A stretch of DNA of 64,000 bases from an uncultured Chitinophagaceae bacterium (GCA_964467635.1 CAYXRN010000002.1:1388-65387); one strand, 5' to 3'; positions 1 to 10,281 are shown, numbered from the stretch's first letter. Numbers and translations: made by a program. Notes: generated by a model not told the origin, from the letters alone.

Positions 1-1
1 C

Positions 2-658
2 GAAATAGGGGAGAAACTGGGTATCGTTTCTCACTATGTAGATGGGAGGAGGATAACTGATCAAGCAACTATTGATTTAGTTACCATGGTGTATGGGGGG
101 TTAGTCAATAAAAAAATCGTAGCCCGGTTACAGGCGTTTGGATGCAATGCATTAGGACTGACTGGAGCGGACGCCAACAGCATACCCGCTGACAGAAGAC
201 CGGTAAAGGAGATAGATTATGGGTTTGTAGGCGATATTGAAAATGAAAAGCTGAATGTAACAGGACTGAAGCTCTTTTTAGGAAAAAACCTGGTCCCCGT
301 TTTCGCGCCGTTGACCCATGACAACAAGGGACAGATACTCAATACCAATGCTGATACAATTGCTGCGGCGTTGGCAGTAGCCTTGGCCAGACATTTCGAC
401 GTAAGACTGATGTACTGTTTTGAGAAAAAAGGGGTTTTAAAAGATGTCAATAATGAAGAGGACGTCGTCCCGCTTATCAATAAAGAAATATATAAAAAGA
501 TGCTGGCTGAAAATAAATTGACCGAAGGAATCTTACCGAAACTGCACAATGCTTTCCAGGCGATTGACAAAGGCGTAAGCAGTGTGCTGATAGGTCATGC
601 CACCGAAGTGATAAAAAATTCCGGAGCTAAAGTTTCCGGTACACTGATAAAGTCATAA
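2..658 (+). CDS. argB: acetylglutamate kinase, 5' end cut by the window edge
   Basis: The frame is open from nt 2 (EIGEKLGIVSHYVDGRRITDQATIDLV...) into the listed 86..658 ORF. Amino-acid-kinase motifs GLTGADANSI and LNTNADTIAAALA are present. It is followed by argE-like and argH genes. Confidence 0.85.
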   Translation, partial: EIGEKLGIVSHYVDGRRITDQATIDLVTMVYGGLVNKKIVARLQAFGCNALGLTGADANSIPADRRPVKEIDYGFVGDIENEKLNVTGLKLFLGKNLVPVFAPLTHDNKGQILNTNADTIAAALAVALARHFDVRLMYCFEKKGVLKDVNNEEDVVPLINKEIYKKMLAENKLTEGILPKLHNAFQAIDKGVSSVLIGHATEVIKNSGAKVSGTLIKS

Positions 659-810
659 AATGAGTTGGATAAAAGTAAATATATTCCGTCTTCTTCCACC
701 ACCCCTTTGGGGGTAATAGTGATATGTTGCGGCCTGATAGCCGACTAAAGAAAGACTAAAAATTATTTACTTTAAACCTGTATGAAACAGGTACAAAACA
801 CAACTCAAAA

Positions 811-1875
811 ATGAATACAGACCTTTTATACCGGGATGCGGTCGTCTTATTAAAACAGCTTATTTCCACACCTTCATTCAGCCGGGAGGAGGATCAAACC
901 GCCTCGCTCTTATGCAATTTTTTAGGGGAATCCCACATTATACACAACCGTGCGGGAAACAATGTCTGGGCAGTCAATAAGCATTTTGATCCTTCCAAAC
1001 CCACGATTTTGCTCAATTCACATCATGACACGGTTAAACCCAATAGCGCTTATACCAGAGATCCTTTTACCCCATCTGAGGAAGAGGGCCGACTTTACGG
1101 ATTGGGCAGTAACGATGCGGGAGGATGTGTTGTTTCCTTACTGGCTGCTTTCCGGCATTTTTATGAAAAAGAAAATCTAGCGTACAATTTGGCCATTGCC
1201 ATTACCGCAGAAGAAGAAAATTCCGGTAGTGGCGGAATAGAAAGTATTTTGCACGAACTGCCGCAAGATATCGCGTTTGCAATTGTAGGAGAGCCCACTT
1301 TAACCGATATAGCTATTGCCGAAAAGGGATTGATGGTACTGGATTGTACGGCGCATGGAGTTGCCGGGCATGCTGCACGGGAAGAAGGGGACAATGCCAT
1401 TCACCATGCTATAGAAGACATCCGATGGTTTGGGAACTATCAATTTCCTAAGGTTTCTGAAACGCTCGGACCTGTAAAAATGACCGTTTCTGTTATCAGG
1501 GCGGGAGAGCTTCATAATATGGTACCTTCTGTATGCAGTTTTACCGTGGATGTCCGTGTGACCGATGTTTACACCCACGAAGACATTTTGGCTATTATTA
1601 AGCAACATGTAAAAAGTGATGTCAAACCCCGCTCCATGCGAATGCGCTCTTCCGCTATAGATAAGGATCATCCCATCGTAAAAGCGGCCTTAAAGATCGG
1701 TAAGAAAACCTACGGATCGCCTACCACTTCCGACCAGGCCCTGATACCGTTTCCCTCTGCCAAAATCGGCCCGGGGGATTCCGCCCGCTCTCACAGTGCC
1801 GATGAATTTATCTGGCTCCGGGAAATCAAAGAAGGTATTGTCGCCTATATTAGCATACTGGAAGAGGTAATTTAA
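811..1875 (+). CDS. argE: M20-family deacylase of the arginine cluster (acetylornithine deacetylase / succinyl-intermediate desuccinylase type)
   Basis: M20 metal-ligand pattern LLNSHHDTV, GLGSNDAGG, TAEEENSGSGG and GHAAREE. It lies between argB and argH. The exact substrate (acetyl versus succinyl) cannot be told from sequence. Confidence 0.78.
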   Translation: MNTDLLYRDAVVLLKQLISTPSFSREEDQTASLLCNFLGESHIIHNRAGNNVWAVNKHFDPSKPTILLNSHHDTVKPNSAYTRDPFTPSEEEGRLYGLGSNDAGGCVVSLLAAFRHFYEKENLAYNLAIAITAEEENSGSGGIESILHELPQDIAFAIVGEPTLTDIAIAEKGLMVLDCTAHGVAGHAAREEGDNAIHHAIEDIRWFGNYQFPKVSETLGPVKMTVSVIRAGELHNMVPSVCSFTVDVRVTDVYTHEDILAIIKQHVKSDVKPRSMRMRSSAIDKDHPIVKAALKIGKKTYGSPTTSDQALIPFPSAKIGPGDSARSHSADEFIWLREIKEGIVAYISILEEVI

Positions 1876-1905
1876 TTACTTTTGAAAATTCTAAAAATAA
1901 CGCCC

Positions 1906-3240
1906 ATGAAACTTTGGCAAAAAGATAAAAAAGCCCTGGATGAAGTAGATCGGTTTACGGTAGGAAACGACCGCGAAATGGACCTGTATTTAGCGCCTTT
2001 TGACATATTGGGATCTTTAGCCCACATTACCATGCTGGAGTCGGTCGGACTGCTTTCGGCCGAGGAACTAGAAAAACTGTCCGGCGTGCTTAAAGATATT
2101 TATCGTGAAGTGCAGACCGGTAACTTTCAGCTTGAAGATGATGTGGAAGATATTCATTCGCAGATTGAGCTACTGCTTACCCGCAGATTGGGAGATGCCG
2201 GAAAAAAAGTCCATAGCGGACGTTCGCGAAATGATCAGGTAATGGTTGACCTAAAGCTTTACCTGCGGGATGAACTTGAACGGTTGGTAAAGGAGGTTGA
2301 ATCTTATTTTGGCCAGCTCCTGGCGTTAAGCGAACAATACAAATATCTCTATCTCCCCGGATATACGCATTTACAAATAGCCATGCCATCCTCTTTTGGA
2401 CTATGGTTTGGCGCTTACGCGGAAAGCTTGGTAGATGATATGATCACCCTGCACGCTGCTTACAGGATAGTAAATAAAAACCCCTTGGGTTCGGCGGCAG
2501 GGTATGGATCCTCTTTCCCACTGAATCGAAAAATGACAACTAATCTTTTAGGATTTGAAGACCTTAATTACAATGTGGTCTATGCACAGATGGGTAGAGG
2601 AAAAACCGAGCGGATTGTAGGGCAAGCGTTATCCAACATCGCGGCTACGCTTTCAAAAATGGCAATGGATGTTTGCTTGTTTATGAATCAAAACTTTGGC
2701 TTTGTTCGTTTTCCCGACGAACTAACTACCGGTTCTTCCATTATGCCACATAAGAAGAACCCCGATGTGTTTGAACTTATCCGCTCGCACTGCAACAAAA
2801 TAAAAGCACTACCCAATGAACTGACCATGATGACTACCAATCTGCCTTCAGGTTACCATCGTGATCTGCAATTGTTAAAAGAAAATTTATTTCCCGCATT
2901 TAAGAATTTAAAAGACTGTCTCTCTATGGCTTCATTAATGTTTGCTCATATGGAAATCAGTAAAGACATACTTAAGGATGAAAAATATAAATATCTTTTC
3001 AGTGTAGAAGAAGTAAATAAACTGGTCCTGCAAGGCATTCCTTTCCGGGACGCTTATAAGAAGATTGGTCGGGCTATAGAGAGTGGAGATTTCAATTATT
3101 CAACCAAAATACACCATACGCACGAAGGCAGTATGGGCAATTTATGCAACGCGGAAATTAAAAAAATGATGGATAACGTACTAAAGCAATTTGATTTTGA
3201 AAAGGTGCACAAAGCCTTGGATGCTTTGATCAAGGATTGA
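1906..3240 (+). CDS. argH: argininosuccinate lyase
   Basis: Fumarate-lyase signature GSSIMPHKKNPD and HSGRSRNDQV. ATG at 1906 (MKLWQKD...) is preferred over the TTG at 1882 used in the ORF track. Confidence 0.95.
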   Translation: MKLWQKDKKALDEVDRFTVGNDREMDLYLAPFDILGSLAHITMLESVGLLSAEELEKLSGVLKDIYREVQTGNFQLEDDVEDIHSQIELLLTRRLGDAGKKVHSGRSRNDQVMVDLKLYLRDELERLVKEVESYFGQLLALSEQYKYLYLPGYTHLQIAMPSSFGLWFGAYAESLVDDMITLHAAYRIVNKNPLGSAAGYGSSFPLNRKMTTNLLGFEDLNYNVVYAQMGRGKTERIVGQALSNIAATLSKMAMDVCLFMNQNFGFVRFPDELTTGSSIMPHKKNPDVFELIRSHCNKIKALPNELTMMTTNLPSGYHRDLQLLKENLFPAFKNLKDCLSMASLMFAHMEISKDILKDEKYKYLFSVEEVNKLVLQGIPFRDAYKKIGRAIESGDFNYSTKIHHTHEGSMGNLCNAEIKKMMDNVLKQFDFEKVHKALDALIKD

Positions 3241-3260
3241 ATAATCAAAAACGATTGAAA

Positions 3261-4511
3261 ATGAAAAATTATTTTCTTTCCATACTATCAATCTACCTGT
3301 TTGTCTTCTCAGGCTGTCGAAACATGGAGAACCGTCATATTTTACAAGCGGGTACATGGCGAGGGGTGCTGCATCGTTCCGATGGTATGGGTATCCCTTT
3401 TAACTTTGTGGTACAAGATAGTGGAGAAATATTGTATATAAAAAATGGAGCGGGAAGATTGAAAGTGGATAGCATTCGTTATGAAAAAGATTCTGTTTTC
3501 ATTCATATGCCATTTTTTAATTCTGATTTTTTAGCTTCTTTCCGGAAAGACGGAAGTTTAAAAGGACAATGGATAAAACATTATCCGGATACCAACCGCG
3601 TCTTGGGTTTTACAGCGGAGCCCCATACCTCCTATCGCATTACGCCAACGCCCCGACCGGCAGCATATAACGTGACCGGGCGCTGGCGCGCTACTTTTTT
3701 TAGTCCGGGAACAGGCGATTCTTCAAGAGCCGTTGGGGAGTTCCAACAGAAAGACAATGCTCTTACCGGTACCTTTTTAACCAAATACGGAGATTATAGA
3801 TACCTGGAAGGTGTGGTCAGTGGCGATTCCCTTTTTCTTTCGACTTTTGACGGATCACACATCTATCTTTTTGAAGCAGCGATCAAAGACGACACTACCA
3901 TTGCCAACGGCGTATACTACGCAGGCTTTCAGGGAAAAGAAAACTGGACGGCTATCAAAGACAGTGTGGCCAGTTTGCCTGATCCGTTTTCCATAACCAC
4001 CTATAAACCAGGTATGGATCAGCTGGATTTCACCTTCCCTGATTTAAACGGAGACCCGGTTTCAATTTCCGATAAGCAATTTGAAAACAAAGTAGTCATT
4101 GTTCAAATTTTGGGATCCTGGTGCCCCAATTGTATGGACGAAACCCGATTCTTAAGCAATTGGCACAAGCAAAATAAGAGCAAGGATATTGCCGTGGTCG
4201 GTCTCTGCTATGAACGTTCTTCAGTCTTTCAGGAAGCCGTGAATAGTGTAATGACTTTCAAAAAACGCTTTGACGTGCGCTATCCGTTACTGATTACAGG
4301 AGTGGCATTAAATGATCCCCAGCTAATGGAGAAGACCCTGCCCCAATTGGAACATTTTATTAGTTTTCCGACAACGATTTTTCTCAATAAAAAAGGTGAA
4401 ATAGCAACAATACATGCCGGGTTCGCCGGGCCAGGGACCGGTTCTCATTTCCAAGCGTATAAAAAAGAATTTAATCATATTGTGGACTCCCTGCTCAACA
4501 TACCGCAGTAA
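3261..4511 (+). CDS. TlpA/AhpC-like thiol:disulfide oxidoreductase lipoprotein with an uncharacterised N-terminal domain
   Basis: Lipoprotein-type signal (LSIYLFVFSGC). The C-terminal thioredoxin fold has the CxxC motif ILGSWCPNCMDE. ATG at 3261 is preferred to TTG at 3237. Confidence 0.75.
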   Translation: MKNYFLSILSIYLFVFSGCRNMENRHILQAGTWRGVLHRSDGMGIPFNFVVQDSGEILYIKNGAGRLKVDSIRYEKDSVFIHMPFFNSDFLASFRKDGSLKGQWIKHYPDTNRVLGFTAEPHTSYRITPTPRPAAYNVTGRWRATFFSPGTGDSSRAVGEFQQKDNALTGTFLTKYGDYRYLEGVVSGDSLFLSTFDGSHIYLFEAAIKDDTTIANGVYYAGFQGKENWTAIKDSVASLPDPFSITTYKPGMDQLDFTFPDLNGDPVSISDKQFENKVVIVQILGSWCPNCMDETRFLSNWHKQNKSKDIAVVGLCYERSSVFQEAVNSVMTFKKRFDVRYPLLITGVALNDPQLMEKTLPQLEHFISFPTTIFLNKKGEIATIHAGFAGPGTGSHFQAYKKEFNHIVDSLLNIPQ

Positions 4512-4602
4512 ATGACGATTTTCTCTTCAGTACTTATCAGATCCTACCTTTCTTTTTCTTAATTTTGTAAATTCATTTTAATTTGCCGAGAATCGATCCT
4601 TT

Positions 4603-5250
4603 ATGATACGCAAACTTTTTTTGACATACCGCCTGCACCTGGGTATTCTCTTTTTGCTGTTGGGAATACTGATTAATTTTACATCGGGCATTAATCTGGC
4701 CTGGATATTTTACCTAGTGGCGTTGATTCTGATATTTACGCATTTTTTCCTCGGCCCGCTGGGCCTGGCACAGGGGTATTTAGAAGAGGGGGACCTGGAA
4801 GGCGCGGAGGTTATCCTGAAAAAAATACAATTTCCCGGACTATTATACAAGCCGATCCGCTCCACTTATTATTTTTTAAAGTCCATTATCGCCAGCACCA
4901 AACAAAACCTGGATGAGGCGGAAGACTACATGCAAAAATGTGTTTCTCTTGGCACGCCAATGAAAGAAGTGCAGGCACAGGCTTATTTTCAGTTGGGAAA
5001 TATCTCTTACCAGAAAAGTAACATGAAAAAAGCCAATGAATATTTGAAAAAAGCCGTTAGCGCAGGTTTACCCGACCGAGAAAGTAAAGCCGCAGCCTAT
5101 CTGCAATTGGCTTCTATTGCTATGGCCAGAAGAGACTTTAAGGGAGTAAGACGTTATCATAAGCTATGTAAAGACCAAAATCCGACATCTACGGAGGTAG
5201 TCACACAGCTCAAACAACTGGATAAATATTTGCCACGTATGCCGGGATAG
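4603..5250 (+). CDS. membrane-anchored TPR-like protein (hypothetical)
   Basis: Two N-terminal hydrophobic helices are followed by TPR-like repeats (AQAYFQLGNISYQKSNMKKANEYLKKA, AAAYLQLASIAMARRDFKG). No enzymatic motif is present. Confidence 0.5.
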   Translation: MIRKLFLTYRLHLGILFLLLGILINFTSGINLAWIFYLVALILIFTHFFLGPLGLAQGYLEEGDLEGAEVILKKIQFPGLLYKPIRSTYYFLKSIIASTKQNLDEAEDYMQKCVSLGTPMKEVQAQAYFQLGNISYQKSNMKKANEYLKKAVSAGLPDRESKAAAYLQLASIAMARRDFKGVRRYHKLCKDQNPTSTEVVTQLKQLDKYLPRMPG

Positions 5251-5340
5251 TGACGGGCAGTTGGGCCGCCGTTATAGGCTTTCGCTCATCAAAAAAGCCG
5301 CCGATGTAGGTTAATCACTTGGGGGAAGAGACGAATGGGG

Positions 5341-5766
5341 TTATTTGCTGTCTTTCGTTTTTCCCATTTCAAGGATAACCTTGTATTCTTTTGGACGAAT
5401 GAGACAAACAGACAAGCGAGACTGGCGGATAAGAGACAACTCCTGCAACCGGTTATCCGCTTTCATCTCTTTTAAAGAGACTGGTTCTTTGAACGGTTTT
5501 ACCGGTTTAATATCTACCGCTACCCAGCGGTCATCTGGCGTTGTGGGATCTTGGTACGCTTCTTTAATCACCTTTGCCAGTCCCACGATTTCTAATCCTT
5601 TGTTGCTGTGATAAAAGAATACCTTATCTCCGTTCTTCATAGCCTTTAAATTGTTACGTGCCTGGTAGTTGCGTACGCCGTCCCAAAACGTTTGTCCATC
5701 TTCCACCAACTGATCCCAGGAATATTTAAAAGGCTCGGATTTTACTAACCAGTAGTTCATCTGCAT
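5341..5766 (-). CDS. EVE (PUA-like) domain protein
   Basis: MNYWLVKSEPFKYSWDQL... N-terminus and VFFYHSN motif, ~140 aa, typical of the EVE domain family. The start is probably the third codon (5760). Confidence 0.8.
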   Translation of the reverse strand: MQMNYWLVKSEPFKYSWDQLVEDGQTFWDGVRNYQARNNLKAMKNGDKVFFYHSNKGLEIVGLAKVIKEAYQDPTTPDDRWVAVDIKPVKPFKEPVSLKEMKADNRLQELSLIRQSRLSVCLIRPKEYKVILEMGKTKDSK

Positions 5767-5826
5767 TTAAAATTTAAAAGTCCGATAAAAGTGATTTTCT
5801 TAGGTCCCTGAAACGGCAACACTTGT

Positions 5827-6555
5827 TCACCATCCATTCGCCAATACATCGGCCAGGTGCAGGCATTTCAAGCCTAGCTTTTTTTGTTTAATATATCCTT
5901 CGAGCTGCATCAGGCAGGAAAGGTCTGTAGAAATGATATATTCGGCCCCTGTTTCTGCTGCATTAGTGACTTTTTGATCCGCCATACCAATAGAAATCGG
6001 TTCATATTTAACCGCAAAAGTTCCCCCGAAACCGCAACAGGTTTCCACATCATTCATTTCGCGTAGTTCAAGTCCCCGCACATGGGCAAGCAGCTTGCGA
6101 GGTTCCTTTTTTATTTTACATTCCCGGAGGCCCGCACAGGAATCATGATAAGTAGCGATGGCGTTCAACGTAGCCCCCACATCAGCAACCTGTAATACGT
6201 TTACCAGAAATTCTGAAAATTCGAAAAGGTTTTTTTGCACTTCCTTCATTTCATTATGGATTGCGGAATTGCCAAACAATTTTCCATAATAATTACGTAC
6301 ATACCCAGTACAGGACGCGCTCGGAGAAACGATATAATCGTAGGTATGAATATCCTTCAAAAACTTCTTTCCAACGGTTTGAGCCTCTTTCCAATAACCT
6401 GCATTAAAGGCCGGTTGTCCGCAACACGTCTGTTCCGGGTTATATTGTACCCGGCAACCTAAGCGTTCTAACACTTTAATCATGTTAAAAGCCGTTTCCG
6501 GATAGATCTGATCGACAAAACAGGGAATGAAAAGCGATACATTCAAATGTTCCAT
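5827..6555 (-). CDS. (Fe-S)-binding CCG-domain oxidoreductase subunit, LutA/GlpC-like
   Basis: Two cysteine-rich CCG motifs (EQTCCGQPAFNAG and VETCCGFGGTF). The 242 aa size is typical of LutA. Confidence 0.75.
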   Translation of the reverse strand: MEHLNVSLFIPCFVDQIYPETAFNMIKVLERLGCRVQYNPEQTCCGQPAFNAGYWKEAQTVGKKFLKDIHTYDYIVSPSASCTGYVRNYYGKLFGNSAIHNEMKEVQKNLFEFSEFLVNVLQVADVGATLNAIATYHDSCAGLRECKIKKEPRKLLAHVRGLELREMNDVETCCGFGGTFAVKYEPISIGMADQKVTNAAETGAEYIISTDLSCLMQLEGYIKQKKLGLKCLHLADVLANGW

Positions 6556-6609
6556 GAAAGTAATTATGCCCCAAACTTACAGCAAAAACAGCTAAGATCA
6601 AAGATCAAC

Positions 6610-7104
6610 TTATTTCAAGTTGCGGTTGAATGCAATCATTTGGAGCGCGGTGAGTGCGGCCTCCTTGCCTTTATGTCCATGTGCCCCGCCTATGCGTTCC
6701 CTGGCTTGTTCGGCATCATCTACCGTGAGAACACCGAAAATAACCGGTACCGGCAGCGCAAGGTTTAACCGGGTTATTCCCTCAGTTACAGCCTGGCAGA
6801 CATAATCAAAATGGGGCGTTTCCCCTTTGATCACGCAACCAAAAGCAACGATGGCGTCCGGTTGTTTTTCCGAGCCGTGGGTTGCTTCGTAGTAGCGCCG
6901 ACAGGCAAAGGGAAGTTCAAAAGATCCGGGAACCTGCATAACGCTGGTTTTGGTAATGCCGTTGTCTCTAAGGGTACCCAGGCATCCCTTAACCAGTTCA
7001 TCAACGATAAAGTCATTCCATTGGGTGTAAATTACCCCAATGCTGGCATCCGACAAACGGGTTTCCCCGGCGGTATCAAGTAATGAATTGTTGTGTACGG
7101 ACAT
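6610..7104 (-). CDS. ribH: 6,7-dimethyl-8-ribityllumazine synthase
   Basis: Motifs VPGSFELPFA and KGETPHFDYVCQAV; 164 aa. Confidence 0.92.
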   Translation of the reverse strand: MSVHNNSLLDTAGETRLSDASIGVIYTQWNDFIVDELVKGCLGTLRDNGITKTSVMQVPGSFELPFACRRYYEATHGSEKQPDAIVAFGCVIKGETPHFDYVCQAVTEGITRLNLALPVPVIFGVLTVDDAEQARERIGGAHGHKGKEAALTALQMIAFNRNLK

Positions 7105-7389
7105 CTGTTATGCGGTTTATATCTGGTCGGGACAATCCCGGTTTTTAGACCGTAGGGCGTAGACAACGCCTTTTTTCCCGTATTTGAAATTAATTTTCAT
7201 CTATTGGCTGGCGATAAACGAGCGGTGATAGGAACAACAAAATTGGTCGGGGAAATCTCTCCAAATGTAATCATCAGGATAAAGGGCTTGCATTTCGATA
7301 ACCGAATTGTACTTATCATCCGATCTCAGCATATAATATAGTAAGCGCAACCTAAACAAAAACAGACAGGCCATTTAGCCCGACGTCCT

Positions 7390-8085
7390 TCACTGGGTCA
7401 CCCCGAGACGGGCCAGGTACTTGTCAATATCCCTGCCCTGTACACTAAGCGGATATTGATTTTTTATCTGCTTATAAATGGTAATTGCTTCTTTGGTTTT
7501 GCCTTCGTTTTCAAGAGCCATTCCAGCGCGCATAAGATATACTGGGGCGATGAGGTCATTGTCGTTATAATTACCAGCCTTTTTATAGTAATTAATCCCT
7601 TTCTGAGGTTGGTCTAACTCCATGTAAGCATCACCGATTAATCCGTAAGCTATAGCCTGAACAACCTTGTCATTGGCATCAAATTTTTTCAGATAATCTA
7701 TGCCTTTTTGAAACTCTCCAAGATGAACATAGCATACGCCCGCGGCATACTTTGCCTGGTTGCCCACCTTGGTATTGCCATAACGGTCGATGACTTTTAA
7801 ATAACCGTAATTGTTGCCGTCGCCATGAAGAGCCAGTTTGAAAGAATCAATAGCAAAATAATGCTGCGCTTTAAACACCATGGCGACAGCTTTCTTTTCC
7901 CGTGGCTTTAAATACAGGTATTTGTACCCAAAATATCCTCCGACCAAAAGAATAATAATAATCCCAATGATGTTGATGGTTTTATTGTTCTTTTGGTAAA
8001 AAATCTCCGCTTTATTCACGGATCCCTGGAATCCTTTATCTACATGATGTGTATGATACGCAGATTCTGTTGTTTTAGTTGCCAT
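7390..8085 (-). CDS. single-pass membrane TPR protein (YfgM-like architecture)
   Basis: One TM helix (IIGIIIILLVGGYFGY) is followed by TPR repeats (AKYAAGVCYVHLGEFQKGIDYLKK, AYGLIGDAYMELDQPQKGINYYKKA). ATG at 8085 is preferred over TTG at 8100. Confidence 0.65.
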   Translation of the reverse strand: MATKTTESAYHTHHVDKGFQGSVNKAEIFYQKNNKTINIIGIIIILLVGGYFGYKYLYLKPREKKAVAMVFKAQHYFAIDSFKLALHGDGNNYGYLKVIDRYGNTKVGNQAKYAAGVCYVHLGEFQKGIDYLKKFDANDKVVQAIAYGLIGDAYMELDQPQKGINYYKKAGNYNDNDLIAPVYLMRAGMALENEGKTKEAITIYKQIKNQYPLSVQGRDIDKYLARLGVTQ

Positions 8086-8108
8086 ATGCTCTTCGTGCAA
8101 ATAGGTTA

Positions 8109-9101
8109 TTAGTCTGTTATAAATGGATAATCGTCCTCCGCATAAACGTCCTTCAGCAGTTCGTCGTCGGCGGGGAATGGAGAATCTTCCGCAAATTTTA
8201 CCGATTCCGCCACCTGATCGTCAACCCTGCTTTTAATGGCTTCGATTTCTTCTTCTGAAGCATACTTATTGTCTTGGATGGTCTTTAAAACCTGATTGAG
8301 CGGATCTTTTTCTTTGTATTCTTCCACTTCTTCTTTCGTCCGGTACTTTGCGGGATCACTCATAGAGTGCCCACGATAGCGATAGGTCTTAATTTCTAAC
8401 AGGGTAGGACCTTCTCCTTTGCGTGCACGGTTTACTGCTCGTTCAATACCGATGTGAACGTCCTCGCATTTCATGCCGTCGATGGTATCGGCCGGCATAT
8501 CGTATCCGTCTGCCAGGTTAGCAATATCCTGTACATTGGAGGTTCGTGCAACCGAAGTCCCCATTGCATACATGTTATTTTCGCAGATAAATATCACCGG
8601 CAAATTCCACAGCATCGCCATGTTAAATGTTTCATGTACGATACCCTGGCGGGCGGCACCATCACCAAAAAAGCATAAGACTACATTATCTGTCTTTTTG
8701 TATTTCTCCGCGAAAGCCAGACCGGCGGAAACACCAATTTGTCCGCCGACAATACCATGACCGCCGTAGAAATTATGTTCTTTGGAAAACATGTGCATAC
8801 TTCCACCTTTTCCTTTGGAACACCCAGTCACTTTGCCATATAATTCAGCCATAGTCGCCTGAGCAGAAATGCCTTTGGCGATGGCGAGTCCGTGATCCCG
8901 ATAGGCGGTTATAAATTTGTCTTCAGGTTTGGTCGCTGTCATGGCACCGGCGGCCACCGCTTCCTGGCCCATATAAAGATGGCAAAATCCGCGGATCTTT
9001 TGCATGCCATACAACTGTCCTGCTTTCAGTTCGAAACGGCGCAGGAGCAACATTAATTCGTACCAATATAAATAGGTATCTTTGGAAAACTTAGTCTGCA
9101 C
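8109..9101 (-). CDS. pdhA: pyruvate dehydrogenase (acetyl-transferring) E1 alpha subunit
   Basis: E1-alpha TPP motifs GFCHLYMGQEAV, FFGDGAARQG and YRYRGHSMSDP. Confidence 0.9.
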   Translation of the reverse strand: MQTKFSKDTYLYWYELMLLLRRFELKAGQLYGMQKIRGFCHLYMGQEAVAAGAMTATKPEDKFITAYRDHGLAIAKGISAQATMAELYGKVTGCSKGKGGSMHMFSKEHNFYGGHGIVGGQIGVSAGLAFAEKYKKTDNVVLCFFGDGAARQGIVHETFNMAMLWNLPVIFICENNMYAMGTSVARTSNVQDIANLADGYDMPADTIDGMKCEDVHIGIERAVNRARKGEGPTLLEIKTYRYRGHSMSDPAKYRTKEEVEEYKEKDPLNQVLKTIQDNKYASEEEIEAIKSRVDDQVAESVKFAEDSPFPADDELLKDVYAEDDYPFITD

Positions 9102-9109
9102 GATTTTTC

Positions 9110-9117
9110 TAAATTTG
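9110..9117 (+). promoter_or_regulatory. Bacteroidota -7 box TAAATTTG upstream of recF
   Basis: Exact TAnnTTTG match 64 nt upstream of the recF start. Confidence 0.4.
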
Positions 9118-9121
9118 CCTG

Positions 9122-9129
9122 CAAAACTA
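9122..9129 (-). promoter_or_regulatory. Bacteroidota -7 box (TAGTTTTG on the minus strand) upstream of pdhA
   Basis: Exact TAnnTTTG match 21 nt upstream of the pdhA start (9101). Confidence 0.45.
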
Positions 9130-9180
9130 TATGAAATTTACCAATAGTCAAAACTGCTGTTTTTTATTGCTGAAAAATCT

Positions 9181-10281
9181 TTGTCCCTCGTGCTGCAATT
9201 AAGATACATCCAATTATACCAGTTTAAAAATTATGCGCAACGGAAATTCTCTTTTGACCAACCCGTTATTGGCATTACTGGCCCTAATGGTGCAGGTAAA
9301 ACCAATTTATTGGATGCCGTTTATTATCTTGGCTTTACCCGCAGCTATTTTAATACCCGCGAAATAACCAATGCGACACACCATCATGACGCGTTTCGGA
9401 TTGAAGGAGTTTTTTCCAAAAAGGGAAAGGCGGAAAAAGTCAGTTGTGTCTACCGAAATGGCCGAAAAGAAGTGCAAGTAAATGACGAGGCATACGACAG
9501 GTTTTCACATCATATTGGCCGGTTTCCCGCGGTTTTTATTGCCCCCGATGACAGTGTTTTAATTACAGGGGGAAGTGAATTACGCCGGAAATTCATTGAT
9601 GTCCTTCTTGCACAGATGCAATCCGTCTACCTGGATCATTTGATCGCTTACCAGAAAATCCGGAGCCAACGCAACGGTATTTTAAAAAACTGGAGCGAAA
9701 ATGCGCAAAATAATGCCTTGCTGGATGTATTTGATCAACAGTTGATCGCCCACGGGCCTCCTATTTTTGACGCCCGCCGGGATTTTCTGTCTTTATTTAA
9801 CGAAAAAGTCCAGCACTACTACCATTATGTCTCCGGAGCAAAGGAGTCTGTTCATGTTGTTTATGAAAGCGCTTTACACGATATTCCCTTTGAGCAGTTG
9901 TTAATCGACAGCAGGTCACGCGACAAAATACGCCAAAGGACAACCAGGGGCATTCACCGGGATGATCTGATTTTCCTCATGAATGGCCATCCCCTAAAAC
10001 AGGTTGGTTCTCAGGGGCAGAAGAAAAGCTTTTTATTCGCCCTTAAATTAGCGCAATTTGAGATCCTTCAAAGTCACAAGGGCTTTTCCCCGATATTATT
10101 GTTGGACGATATTTTTGAAAAGCTGGACCAGCAACGGATCAAAAGGCTTATAGAACTGATCTCCGGAGAAGGCTTTGGACAGGTTTTTATTACCGATACC
10201 GAAGCAGATCGGTTGGAAAAGATGTTCCAGCAGGCGGATGTGCGTTTGCAAATGATAAAGCTTAATGGAGCGAAGAAGTGA
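9181..10281 (+). CDS. recF: DNA replication/repair protein RecF
   Basis: Walker A GPNGAGKTNLLDA, ABC-like signature GSQGQKK and Walker B ILLLDDIFEKLD. The start codon is uncertain (TTG 9181 or GTG 9190). Confidence 0.9.
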   Translation: MSLVLQLRYIQLYQFKNYAQRKFSFDQPVIGITGPNGAGKTNLLDAVYYLGFTRSYFNTREITNATHHHDAFRIEGVFSKKGKAEKVSCVYRNGRKEVQVNDEAYDRFSHHIGRFPAVFIAPDDSVLITGGSELRRKFIDVLLAQMQSVYLDHLIAYQKIRSQRNGILKNWSENAQNNALLDVFDQQLIAHGPPIFDARRDFLSLFNEKVQHYYHYVSGAKESVHVVYESALHDIPFEQLLIDSRSRDKIRQRTTRGIHRDDLIFLMNGHPLKQVGSQGQKKSFLFALKLAQFEILQSHKGFSPILLLDDIFEKLDQQRIKRLIELISGEGFGQVFITDTEADRLEKMFQQADVRLQMIKLNGAKK

